A DNA stretch of 64,000 nt, from the NCBI GenBank assembly GCA_965261345.1, contig OZ253449.1, positions 704,001-768,000 on the forward strand, given 5' to 3'. The notes below the pieces were generated by a model that did no database searches, was not told the DNA's origin, and worked only from the letters and a program-made list of their open reading frames with translations. A program made the position numbers and the translations under genes. This DNA is from Chloroflexota bacterium (GTDB lineage: Bacteria; Chloroflexota; UBA11872; VXNJ01). The number at the start of each line of letters is the position of its first letter. The stretch's first letter is position 1. This document shows, one piece after another, positions 50,119 to 59,265 of the stretch.

Positions 50119-50893
50119 GAGCAGCTACTTCCTTGGCTAACTTTTCGTATGACCCGATCGCCATATTTAGGCCCCGGGACGACGATTTTGATTTCTTGTA
50201 CGCATAGAGCGATACCCCTTGGCTGGACGCCTCGAGGATTTTGCTGTTGGTCGGAATGTAAGCCGAAAAAGCGGTATCACCCCATTCGTCACGGATATAT
50301 TTGGCCACCGACTTCTCCTCCCGGAGCCGCCGATCCAGTTTGGAGAGCAATATCCCCAAAATTCGCAGATTGGGGTTGATGTAGAGGACCTCATTGATGC
50401 TCTCCTTGAGCATATCCAAGCCCTGCAGTGAGAAGAATCGGGCCTCGGTCGGGACCACCACGTATTGGGCCGCAACCAGCGAATTAATCGTTAACAAGCC
50501 GAGCGACGGCGGGGTGTCAATGAGGATGAAATCGTAGTGTTCCTCAACGGTTTTGAGCAGATCGCGCAGCCGCATTTCACGCCCGATCTTGTTGGCCAGG
50601 GCGGTCTCGACCACCGACATGTCGTTGCTGGCCGGGCAAATGTCGATTTCCGAACCGGTCGCGTCGCTGACGCGGAGGACCGGGGCCGGGCGGCCACGAT
50701 CGACCAGGGCCCGCGTAAGCGAATCGACGAGCCCGCGCTCAAGTCCGAAAGCCGCGGTAAGATTCGCCTGCGGATCCATGTCGACTAGCAGCACTCGCTT
50801 GCCATCGCGAGCCATCGCCGCGCCCAAATTCGCGGTGGTCGTAGTCTTTCCGACGCCGCCTTTTTGATTGGCGACGGCGATCTTTACCGCCAA
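50111..50893 (-). CDS. parA: ParA/Soj-family ATPase (no adjacent parB)
   Basis: NQKGGVGKTT, VDMDPQANLT, IDTPPSLGLLTINSL. Its stop overlaps the ftsZ start (GTGTCTGA). Confidence 0.9.
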   Translation of the reverse strand: MAVKIAVANQKGGVGKTTTTANLGAAMARDGKRVLLVDMDPQANLTAAFGLERGLVDSLTRALVDRGRPAPVLRVSDATGSEIDICPASNDMSVVETALANKIGREMRLRDLLKTVEEHYDFILIDTPPSLGLLTINSLVAAQYVVVPTEARFFSLQGLDMLKESINEVLYINPNLRILGILLSKLDRRLREEKSVAKYIRDEWGDTAFSAYIPTNSKILEASSQGVSLYAYKKSKSSSRGLNMAIGSYEKLAKEVAARV

Positions 50894-51083
50894 CTGCAAA
50901 AAGCTCCGCTCGCCGCTTGCCAACGAACGGGCAGCAGCACGATTTTTTCGGCATTAAATGTTGAAATTATGTTATCACTACGAAGCGGTGCAAAGCGAAT
51001 TTGTAACAACATATGTAATACATTTTCGCGATTCGGCATTGCCGACGCCGAATGGTCGGTCAGCCTCGGGGACGTAATACTCC

Positions 51084-52028
51084 ATGACTAAGTTTGCGAC
51101 CAGCCTGCAAACCCGAATTTGCGGTGGCGATCGCCCGCTTACGATAGGCAACCCGGCTTTGACGGCGTCGGGGACCGCCGGTTTTTCCAACGAACTGGCC
51201 AACGTTACCGACCTGGGCCAACTTGGCGCATTCGTGGCCAAAACGGCAACCCTGCGGCCCCGCACCGGGAACCCGACTCCACGCACGGTCGAGACACCCT
51301 CCGGAATGCTCAATTCGATCGGGCTCCCCAACCCGGGATTGGCCGAGCTGATCCGGCGTCAGGAATCGAAATGGCAGAACCTGGGTTCCCCGGTGATCAT
51401 CAGCATCGCCGGTTACCAGCTTGAGGAATTCGCGCAGATGGCGCAAATGCTCGAGGGCGTGGGCGGCGTACAGGCGATCGAAGCCAACTTTTCCTGTCCC
51501 AACGTGGCCAGCGGGCTCGAGTTCGCCTCCGACCCGGGGCTCATCCACGGCGCCATATGCACGATCCGCGACCATTCGTCGCTACCGCTGTTGGCTAAGC
51601 TCTCGCCCAACATTGCCGACATGCGCCCAATTGCAGTCGCCGCCCAGCGGGCCGGGGCCAATGGTCTGACCATAATGAACACCCTGCTGGGGTTAAAGAT
51701 AGACCTGCGCACCCAAAAACCGCTTCTGGGCGGCGGGTTCGGCGGGCTCTCGGGGCCAGCGGTAAGGCCATTGGGGGTGCGTTTCGTATTCCAAGTGTAT
51801 CCCGAAGTAGACATCCCGATAGTTGGCGCCGGCGGGATAAGTGGTCCCGAAGACGCCCTTGAATACATCATGGCCGGGGCGGCCGCATTTCAACTGGGAA
51901 CGATCAATTTCGTCAACTCCGATCGGGCCGGCGAAATCCTTCGCGCCATCGACGCTTACTGCCTGGAATCCCAGGTCAATCCACTCGCCGACCTAATCGG
52001 AGTTGCCCATATCCAGCACCCGCCCTAG
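51084..52028 (+). CDS. pyrD: Dihydroorotate dehydrogenase class 1B catalytic subunit
   Basis: ASGTAG, MLNSIGLPNPG, NFSCPNV, KLSPN, GGLSGPAVRP. Confidence 0.95.
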   Translation: MTKFATSLQTRICGGDRPLTIGNPALTASGTAGFSNELANVTDLGQLGAFVAKTATLRPRTGNPTPRTVETPSGMLNSIGLPNPGLAELIRRQESKWQNLGSPVIISIAGYQLEEFAQMAQMLEGVGGVQAIEANFSCPNVASGLEFASDPGLIHGAICTIRDHSSLPLLAKLSPNIADMRPIAVAAQRAGANGLTIMNTLLGLKIDLRTQKPLLGGGFGGLSGPAVRPLGVRFVFQVYPEVDIPIVGAGGISGPEDALEYIMAGAAAFQLGTINFVNSDRAGEILRAIDAYCLESQVNPLADLIGVAHIQHPP

Positions 52029-53116
52029 CCGGTAAAAAGTACGCTGACATATTCCCCGTCGGCGAGCTGATAGGATTTGCCCTCACGCCGCAGCAGGCCC
52101 AATTGACGGGCGCGCGCCAGCGAGCCGCATTCGATCAGTTGGTTCACCGAAAGCACCTCGGCTCGCACAAATCCCTTTTCAACATCAGAGTGAATCGCCC
52201 CCGCCATATCCAAGGCGCTGGCCCGCGGCCCGAGCGCCCACGCGCGAGCCTCTTTACGATTTCCGGTGTAACAGTATTTGAGGTCGAGTGCCGCAGCCGC
52301 CGAATTAGCCAGTCGCTGATCGATCGAGCTTTCGCAGATTCCGAATTCGGACAGCAGCTCTCCCCGCTCGTCCGGTTCCAATTCAGCCGCTTCGGCTTCC
52401 AGTTGGGCGCAGGTCGCCACCAACGGCCACCGGCATCCGGCCGCCAGCTGCGGCCAGGTCGCAACCGCTGAATCAGCGGTATTGACGATCACCAGGAACG
52501 GCTTCGAGGTCAGCAGCGCAAATCCCCGCAGGCGGCGGGTTTCCCATTGGCCAAGGTGCAGCCCCGAAATCGCCTGGCCCTTCTCCAGGGCGCATGCCAA
52601 TCGGCCGAAAAGGTCGTTTTCACGCTCAAGCTGGTCACGTTCGCTGCGAGCGGAGCGGCCGAGGTCGACCTCCAGCCGCTGCAACCGCCTTTCAACCAAT
52701 GCCAGGTCCCAGAGCGCCAGCTCGTCGCGCACCGCCGCGACCGCCGCGTCCAGTGCGGTCACAGGATCGGCGTCCGCGAATAGCCCGATCACCGCCGCAA
52801 TCAGGTCGAATTCGACCAGGCTGCCAAACCACTCGCCCAGGTGACCGGGCATTCCCAGTCCGGCCTGGCAGTCACTAAATTCAAGCTCGACCGGCGTGAT
52901 TTTCTGCGAATCCTGGGCCGCGGCCAAAGCCGCCAGGCGCTGATCGTCAATCCGAACTCGACCCAACTGGCCGGCCAGCCTGGGGGTCAACTGCACCGGA
53001 CGGCGTGAGCGCGGGCTGATCGCGGCCAACAACTGACTGCGGCCCGAACCGTGGCGACCAACTAAGGCAACCTGGGGCAAAGGGTAAGCCGCTTTCAACG
53101 CCACTCCCACTCGCAA
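52025..53116 (-). CDS. YchF-like (DUF933/TGS) protein with a degenerate P-loop
   Basis: C-terminal EARAW...AGAIHSDVEKGFVRAEV...EGKSY; P-loop reads GRHGSGRS. Confidence 0.78.
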   Translation of the reverse strand: MRVGVALKAAYPLPQVALVGRHGSGRSQLLAAISPRSRRPVQLTPRLAGQLGRVRIDDQRLAALAAAQDSQKITPVELEFSDCQAGLGMPGHLGEWFGSLVEFDLIAAVIGLFADADPVTALDAAVAAVRDELALWDLALVERRLQRLEVDLGRSARSERDQLERENDLFGRLACALEKGQAISGLHLGQWETRRLRGFALLTSKPFLVIVNTADSAVATWPQLAAGCRWPLVATCAQLEAEAAELEPDERGELLSEFGICESSIDQRLANSAAAALDLKYCYTGNRKEARAWALGPRASALDMAGAIHSDVEKGFVRAEVLSVNQLIECGSLARARQLGLLRREGKSYQLADGEYVSVLFTG

Positions 53117-53218
53117 GCCAGCCCGGATGATGAATAATCGGGCCGCTTCCGGGAACCCATGGGCTTAAATTTCATTAAGGCAAAATCTCAGAAATTGCAC
53201 CAACCAACCTAAGGATCG

Positions 53219-54028
53219 ATGATGACGGGCAGAGTGGCATTTATTGGCGGCGGCGCAATGGCGACCGCAACGATCCGGGGTTTGATTCAATCGCGAATCT
53301 GCGGACCCGATATGATTTCGGTTTGCGATCCGCTGCAATCGGCGCGCGATTTGCTCAGCAACGAAACCGGCGTTACCACCTTCCCCGGCTGCGGCGAATG
53401 GCTGAGCGAGGCCGACACCGTGATCCTGGTGGTCAAACCGCAACACCTGGAGCAGGCCGCCGCTCAGGCCGCGGGCTACATCCAGCCGCGGCATATCGTA
53501 ATTTCCTTTGTTACCGGTGCCCGCATCACCTCGCTCGAGGCGCACCTGGGCCACGCACGGGTTGTTCGGGCAATGCCCAACACCGCAGTCCAGGTGGGAC
53601 GCGGTTTTACGGTCTGGTCGGCATCGTCGACGGTCAGCGACTCGGACCGCCTTCAAGTTCGCACGATCCTCAACGCCCTCGGATCCGAACTCTACACCGC
53701 CGACGAACACCACATCGACATCGCCACCGCAGTCAGCGCCAGCGGACCGGCCTACGCCCTGCTGATCCTGGAATCTTGGACCGACGCCGGGGTCCTGCTG
53801 GGCCTGCCGCGCAACGTCGCCCAAAAAATGGCGCTGGAGACGATTGCCGGGTCGATGGCCCTGGCCAACGCTTCGGGCGAACACCCGGCTGTCTTAAAGT
53901 CGCAGGTCACCTCACCGGGAGGCACCACCGCCCGGGCCCTTCAGGTATTTGAGGAGGGCGGAATCCGCGGCCTCTTCGGGCGGGCCATCCGGGCAGCCCA
54001 TGAACAGTCGCTAGACCTGCAAAGCTAA
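53219..54028 (+). CDS. proC: Pyrroline-5-carboxylate reductase
   Basis: FIGGGAMA, VKPQ, RAMPNT, SASGPAY, VTSPGGTT. Confidence 0.95.
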   Translation: MMTGRVAFIGGGAMATATIRGLIQSRICGPDMISVCDPLQSARDLLSNETGVTTFPGCGEWLSEADTVILVVKPQHLEQAAAQAAGYIQPRHIVISFVTGARITSLEAHLGHARVVRAMPNTAVQVGRGFTVWSASSTVSDSDRLQVRTILNALGSELYTADEHHIDIATAVSASGPAYALLILESWTDAGVLLGLPRNVAQKMALETIAGSMALANASGEHPAVLKSQVTSPGGTTARALQVFEEGGIRGLFGRAIRAAHEQSLDLQS

Positions 54029-54062
54029 CCGCACAACCGCCCCGGCGGGGGCGCCGGGCGGA

Positions 54063-55397
54063 CTAGCCCACTTGCCCACAGGCCTTGAGGGTCTTCAGGC
54101 TTGAACCGACCGCGGCGATGGTCTGGTCAATGTCCGCGTCCTCCATTGCCGCCGACAGCATGCCGCCGTGTGAACCGATGTGTACCCCATGCTGGAGCAT
54201 GAGGCAGCTAAAAAGCTTGCTGGGGCCGGATCCGGCCGGACCGGACTGGCCATTGAAAGTGGTGTGAACAAAGGAATGGGATCCGTAGGACCCACCCGAC
54301 AGACCGGCCTCGGCAAAGGCCAAATCGATGCCGGCGCGGAGGCGATCGCCAAGCCGGTTGACCTTGGCATGGGCCCGTCCATCGGCGATTTCGGCCAGGC
54401 AGGCTGCCCCCGCCGCGGCCGACAACGGATTGCCGTTATAGGTGCCCGGGTGGGCGATCCGTTGACCGCGGTCCCATGATCGCTGGCCACGCAGCTCCAG
54501 ACGTTCCAGAAAACGACGGCCACCGGTTACCGCTCCCCCGGGCAATCCGCCGGCCATGATTTTGGCCAACGTGGTCAGGTCGGGTGTAATCCCGAATTCC
54601 CGTTGATAGCCGCCCGGGCTGTACCGAAATCCGGTAACAACCTCATCAAAAATCAGTGGCACGTCAAATTGTTCGGTTAATTCGCGCAACCGCTGAACCC
54701 AGGTGAGGTTGGTGGGAATCCAGCCCCAGCCACCACCGGAGGGTTCAAGGATGCAGCATGCGATATCGTCGCGCCCGGCCAACGTGTCGTAGAGTAACTG
54801 CTCGTCATTGGCCGGAATGGCAATCACCTGTTCGCGCACCACCGCGGGAACTCCGGCCGAGGTCGGAATCTCAAATGGCTGTTCGTAGGCAACGACCGCG
54901 TAATCATGCCAGCCATGAAAATGTCCCTCGAACTTGAGGACCTTGTCGCGACCGGTTACCGCCCGACAGATGCGCATAGCCATCATCGTGGCCTCGGTCC
55001 CCGATGAAAGGAAGCGCACCATCTCAGCCGAGGGAACCAGCGATTGGACCTGCTCGGCCCAAATAATTACCTGCTCGTGCGAGGCGCCAAAGTGTGTGCC
55101 GCGGGCAAGTTGCGATTGCGCTGCGGCCAGCACCGACGGGTGGTTGTGACCAAGTAGGAGGGCGCCGTGGCCAACGATGAAATCGATGTAACGGTGGCCG
55201 TCAACGTCCCATTTATAGGCCCCTTCGGCATGGTCGACGTATACCGGAAACGGCACTGAGATACGCATGTCATGCTCAACCCCGCCGGGCAGCGTCGAGA
55301 ACGCACGCTCGGCCAGCTGGGCGCTTTTGGGATGGCCCCGGACGTAGTCGGCGACGATCTGCTCGGGACTGCGGACTGCGATTGCCAACTTGAGCAT
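54063..55397 (-). CDS. Class III PLP aminotransferase (GSA-aminomutase-like)
   Basis: SSGTEATM, FEGHFHGWHD, FDEVVTGFR, LAKIMAGGLP, HPGTYNGNP. Confidence 0.87.
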   Translation of the reverse strand: MLKLAIAVRSPEQIVADYVRGHPKSAQLAERAFSTLPGGVEHDMRISVPFPVYVDHAEGAYKWDVDGHRYIDFIVGHGALLLGHNHPSVLAAAQSQLARGTHFGASHEQVIIWAEQVQSLVPSAEMVRFLSSGTEATMMAMRICRAVTGRDKVLKFEGHFHGWHDYAVVAYEQPFEIPTSAGVPAVVREQVIAIPANDEQLLYDTLAGRDDIACCILEPSGGGWGWIPTNLTWVQRLRELTEQFDVPLIFDEVVTGFRYSPGGYQREFGITPDLTTLAKIMAGGLPGGAVTGGRRFLERLELRGQRSWDRGQRIAHPGTYNGNPLSAAAGAACLAEIADGRAHAKVNRLGDRLRAGIDLAFAEAGLSGGSYGSHSFVHTTFNGQSGPAGSGPSKLFSCLMLQHGVHIGSHGGMLSAAMEDADIDQTIAAVGSSLKTLKACGQVG

Positions 55398-55471
55398 CCA
55401 TTTTCTGGTTAACTGGGTCGGCCGATTCTAGGGACCGACCATTGGCGGAACCGTGCACCGTACACTGCGCA

Positions 55472-56548
55472 ATGGCAGGCACACCCCCCAACATACACCT
55501 GATCGCCGGAGACCGCGATCAGCGGATGCAACGGCTGGTTGATTCACTGACCGGAAAATCCGATGGCGTACTGAATCTGGAGAGTTTCGACGGGCAGGAG
55601 GCGGCGGTCGAGGACATATCCGCCGCCGCCATGTCGCTTCCCTTCATGGGTGCCGGCGCGGGCCGAACCGTATTGGTATACAACCTTGCCCCGCCGACCA
55701 AATCGGTGCCGTTTTGGCGGTGGCTGGCGCAGGCGCACCGGAATCTGCCGGCATCTACGCAATTGATACTGACAGTAAGCCTAGACGGCCTCAGCGGGCG
55801 GGCGCGGACCGGGCGGACGGCCGCGGCCAGAGCACTCGCCTCCGAAACACTATCAGTCCATATCGTGCCAAGCCTGGCCCAGGATTTGGGATCGGGCCGG
55901 AACGCCCGTCGCTGGATCGATGACCTGGCCCGCCAAAACGGAATCACCCTTGACGGGCAGGCCAGGGAATTGTTGCTGCAGCGCAGCGAGCTCGATGGCA
56001 ATGTACTGGCCCGCGAGGTTGAGAAGCTGGCGGCCCTCGTGGGCTATTCGGCGCGCGTTACCGCCGAACACGTGCGCGCGGTCGATCCGTTACCGGCCCA
56101 CGTGGTGGTCTGGGACTATATCGACGCGGTGGTCTCCTGCGATCCGGCCAAGGCGGTCGGTCTGCTGGCCGAGCTATTGGTTGAAGGCGAGGCCGCCGAA
56201 GCCATGATTGCAATGCTGGCCGCCCGCGTGCGCCAGTTGATCACCATCCGCAGTCTCCTGGCGGCCGGAATCGATTACCCCGAATGCGCCCGGCGCTCAG
56301 GATCGTCACCCGGAATGGTCCGGCGGGCAGCCCCGCAGGCGATGGCTTTTTCCGGTGACGAACTGGCCAACATGCTGCGGGCAATCGTGGAGCTGGACAC
56401 CCAATCTAAGCGGGGCCAGATCCCGCACGGTGGCCTGCCGGCCGGCCTAGAGGCGCTAACCGTCCGGTTTTGTTACCGCAATTTCCGCCAATCGGCGCGA
56501 ATTGTGCCCAACCCGGGCACTAGTCAACCGGCGAAAGCCTTGGCGTAG
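55472..56548 (+). CDS. holA: DNA polymerase III delta subunit
   Basis: AMSLPFM, LAREVEKL, VWDYIDAV, D..SKRG. Convergent with rpsT, as in Firmicutes. Confidence 0.8.
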   Translation: MAGTPPNIHLIAGDRDQRMQRLVDSLTGKSDGVLNLESFDGQEAAVEDISAAAMSLPFMGAGAGRTVLVYNLAPPTKSVPFWRWLAQAHRNLPASTQLILTVSLDGLSGRARTGRTAAARALASETLSVHIVPSLAQDLGSGRNARRWIDDLARQNGITLDGQARELLLQRSELDGNVLAREVEKLAALVGYSARVTAEHVRAVDPLPAHVVVWDYIDAVVSCDPAKAVGLLAELLVEGEAAEAMIAMLAARVRQLITIRSLLAAGIDYPECARRSGSSPGMVRRAAPQAMAFSGDELANMLRAIVELDTQSKRGQIPHGGLPAGLEALTVRFCYRNFRQSARIVPNPGTSQPAKALA

Positions 56549-56811
56549 GCGGCCATCAGCCGGGATTTGCGGCGGGCTGCATTGTTGCGGTGAATTACGC
56601 CCTTGCCGGCGACTATATCCAGCTGCCGGGCAGCGGCCGCAACGGCGCTATCAGCGGCCGGCCGGTCACCGCTCTCGATCGCCATCCGCGCCTTGGTAAC
56701 AAAGGTGCGGGCGGTCGCCCGAAAGAATCGGTTGCGCAGCCGGCGCGCCAGTTGGCGTCGAACCACCTTTGCGCGTTGGCGCTGCATGCGCAGGTTTCGT
56801 GGCGAGGGCAT
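56524..56811 (-). CDS. rpsT: 30S ribosomal protein S20
   Basis: RRLRNR, KGVIHRNNAARRKSRL. TATAAT on the minus strand at 56891-56896. Confidence 0.93.
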   Translation of the reverse strand: MPSPRNLRMQRQRAKVVRRQLARRLRNRFFRATARTFVTKARMAIESGDRPAADSAVAAAARQLDIVAGKGVIHRNNAARRKSRLMAAYAKAFAG

Positions 56812-56941
56812 TGGTTAACCAGAGTCCGGTAAATGGGCAAGCGGCCGGCGAACAACATGGTCTCGGGCCGACTCGGTAAATGGCGATCACATTATAAGCG
56901 GGTCGACAAAATACCCTAGGCCTGCCGGATAATCTACCCGC

Positions 56942-57018
56942 GCGCCCGTAGCTCAGCGGATCAGAGCACTGGTCTTCGGAACCAGGTGTCGGGGGTTCGA
57001 ATCCCTCCGGGCGTACCA
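56942..57018 (+). tRNA. tRNA-Arg (anticodon TCG)
   Basis: Acceptor stem GCGCCCG/CGGGCGT, D-loop with A20, anticodon arm CTGGT-CTTCGGA-ACCAG, GGTTCGAATCC T-arm, encoded CCA. Confidence 0.96.
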
Positions 57019-57309
57019 AGTCGCAGAATACGGGGGAAATAGTCACTCTCGCGTTCAGGTGGCCGCGGCGGCGTGCGGACTGCGCATTCTGGACACAAGC
57101 CTAAAACGGCAGAATTGGTCAGATATTGAGTTACGAAAACGACGTTTGAGCGTTGCGCCATCGTCGCCGACTCCTCACCTTGACGCAAATGCCGGAGCGC
57201 ATCTTAAGGGCCAGGGTCAAATTTCCCCGCTAAAGCTGTCACTCTCCCAGATTTGCCAGTGCGGCCAAATCAATAATCTGGGTGTTCACGCCGCAATCTC
57301 CACCCGACA

Positions 57310-58095
57310 TTGATTTCGCATCCGCCGCCAAATTTGCAACCCGCACCGATGCTGGTCGCCCATCGCGGCGGGGCCGGGCATTGCCCAGAAAATACGCTGG
57401 CGGCGATCGAATTTGCACTCCGGCTCGGGGTGGAGGCAATCGAGGTCGACCTGCGGCTGAGCGCCGATGGCCAGCTGGTGCTAATCCATGATCCCGATCT
57501 GGTCCGCACCACCAACGGCCACGGCCCGGTTTCCGGCCTCGCCGCCCGCGAATTGGCCCAACTGGATGCCGGATCGCATTTTTCACCCAGGTTCGCCGGC
57601 GAGGGAGTCCCCACCCTGCACCAGGCGCTTGCGGCGGTCGGCGATCGGGCGCAGCTGGACCTGGACGCCAAAGATCCTTCCGTCCTCGAACCGCTGGCCC
57701 GCCTAATCGCCGAGGGCCGCCTCAACGATCGCTGCTGGGTTACCGGGATAGACCTGGAAGGGGCTCGCGACCTAGCATCCCTCGGACTGCGCACCCTGCC
57801 GATATTTTTCGCCGGCCCCGACCGGTCGCAGTCGGCGGTGGTCAGTCGCAATTCTTTGGCCGCGACTGCGGCGACCGCGGCCAGGATCGGCGCAAGTGGA
57901 CTCAATATCGACCAGCAGTTGATCGGGTCTTCCCAAACCGCCGCCGTGCTGGATGAATTCGGCCTCGACCTGTGGGCCTTCACGGTCAATCAATCCGCCC
58001 GCTTCGGGGAATTGGCCAGGTTCGGCGCGAGGGCGATATGTTCCGACTTTCCAGGCCAGATGCCTGTGCCACGCAAGCACGGACACACCGATTGA
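57310..58095 (+). CDS. Glycerophosphodiester phosphodiesterase family protein
   Basis: AHRGG, PENTLAA, IEVDLRLSADG, IHD, VPTL, AFTVN, ICSDFP. Confidence 0.9.
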   Translation: MISHPPPNLQPAPMLVAHRGGAGHCPENTLAAIEFALRLGVEAIEVDLRLSADGQLVLIHDPDLVRTTNGHGPVSGLAARELAQLDAGSHFSPRFAGEGVPTLHQALAAVGDRAQLDLDAKDPSVLEPLARLIAEGRLNDRCWVTGIDLEGARDLASLGLRTLPIFFAGPDRSQSAVVSRNSLAATAATAARIGASGLNIDQQLIGSSQTAAVLDEFGLDLWAFTVNQSARFGELARFGARAICSDFPGQMPVPRKHGHTD

Positions 58096-58919
58096 TGCGG
58101 GCCAAGGTTGCTGGAATATTGGCTACAGCAGCATTGTTGCTACTAATTGCCTGCGGAGCCGGAACCGAAACCGACGCCTCGGTTAGCCCGGCCACGATCC
58201 GGCCGCCAAGCCCACCGCCGGTAATTGCAACGGCCACAGCGGAACCGACCGCGATGGCCGAAGATTTGCTTCCCAATCGCCGGCCCAGCACCGATCGCTT
58301 AAATCCAATCGACCGCCAAACCGCCTGCCAACCAGGGCTCCATTCCGATTTGGATAGTGCGCCGGCTTACGCGATCACGTTGCCGTTCGACCTGTCGACA
58401 TGCCGGTCGGTGGCGCAATTGCTCGAGCAGCGCGAGGTGCTCCTCGGAGCCGGCGGCCAATTCGTACCGGCGCACGTGAGCTCGATTGGGCCTGGGTCGC
58501 AGATCCGCTCACCGCTCGGCGGAGAAATTGAATTCCGCGAAATGCAGTCCGACCTGCCGCCCGGCTATCACCTCTACGGGGCCGGATCACTGCAGATCAC
58601 GATCCGGCCGCAGGCCGATCTGGGGAAATCGGTGGCCTTCAATCCGGCAATCTACATCTACGTACCCGGCGACTCGAAGCTGTCCGCAGCATTCGCCGAA
58701 CGACCGCGCCAGTCAGCCGGAGCAACCGTCGAACGCGGGCAAGTAATTGTCGATTCGCTGGGCGGTGAAGGATTGGATCCCGAAGGCCTAGGTCACGACC
58801 TGATCCTGTTCTATGAGGCCGATGGGCAGTTCATAGACCTGCTGGCGGAAAATTCCGGGCAATTCTGGGTGGGCGGTGAGCCGCGAGTTCACTCTCCGTC
58901 GCAAGACCCCGCAAGTTAA
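58095..58919 (+). CDS. Putative lipoprotein with a Pro/Thr linker and a degenerate M23-like domain
   Basis: MRAKVAGILATAALLLLIAC lipobox; ATG overlaps the upstream TGA. Confidence 0.65.
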   Translation: MRAKVAGILATAALLLLIACGAGTETDASVSPATIRPPSPPPVIATATAEPTAMAEDLLPNRRPSTDRLNPIDRQTACQPGLHSDLDSAPAYAITLPFDLSTCRSVAQLLEQREVLLGAGGQFVPAHVSSIGPGSQIRSPLGGEIEFREMQSDLPPGYHLYGAGSLQITIRPQADLGKSVAFNPAIYIYVPGDSKLSAAFAERPRQSAGATVERGQVIVDSLGGEGLDPEGLGHDLILFYEADGQFIDLLAENSGQFWVGGEPRVHSPSQDPAS

Positions 58920-58998
58920 GAAACGCCCATGGTTGCGTCCGCTTTTCGCGCGGACGCAACCTAATACTCGGCTCGCGCCCTATTGCGGGCGCCGGGAT

Positions 58999-59208
58999 CT
59001 AACCGGCGCTGGATTCGTCGTCGAACCCGCAGGCCCGGTGCGAGCCATCGCAGAACGGTTTGTTGTCGGAGGATCCGCAGCGGCACAGGGCAATTGCATC
59101 TTTTTCGATGGCAAATGCTCTGCCCGCGCTGTCGACCAACTCGATCGAATGTGCGCCCTGGACCAGCAGTGGTCCGCGTCGTGAAACCGTCAATTTAACA
59201 GCTGCCAT
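58999..59208 (-). CDS. CDGSH iron-sulfur domain protein
   Basis: GPLLV, LCRCGSSDNKPFCDGSH; SD AGGAGG. Confidence 0.93.
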   Translation of the reverse strand: MAAVKLTVSRRGPLLVQGAHSIELVDSAGRAFAIEKDAIALCRCGSSDNKPFCDGSHRACGFDDESSAG

Positions 59209-59265
59209 TAATGCCTCCTAAAAATGAATATATCGGTCGCCAGCCGCATCTGACCGGCATCGGCT

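Noticed and set aside
49052-50140. 362-aa + strand ORF
   Set aside because: It is the antisense shadow of ftsZ with no motifs of its own. The same applies to 723-1805, 36140-37024 and similar ORFs.
50950-50977. Second dif-like arm TTATGTTATCA
   Set aside because: Weaker match to the XerD arm and no plausible left arm; more likely promoter sequence.
57019-57309. Possible integrative element at tRNA-Arg
   Set aside because: No integrase and no duplicated tRNA 3' end seen in the window.
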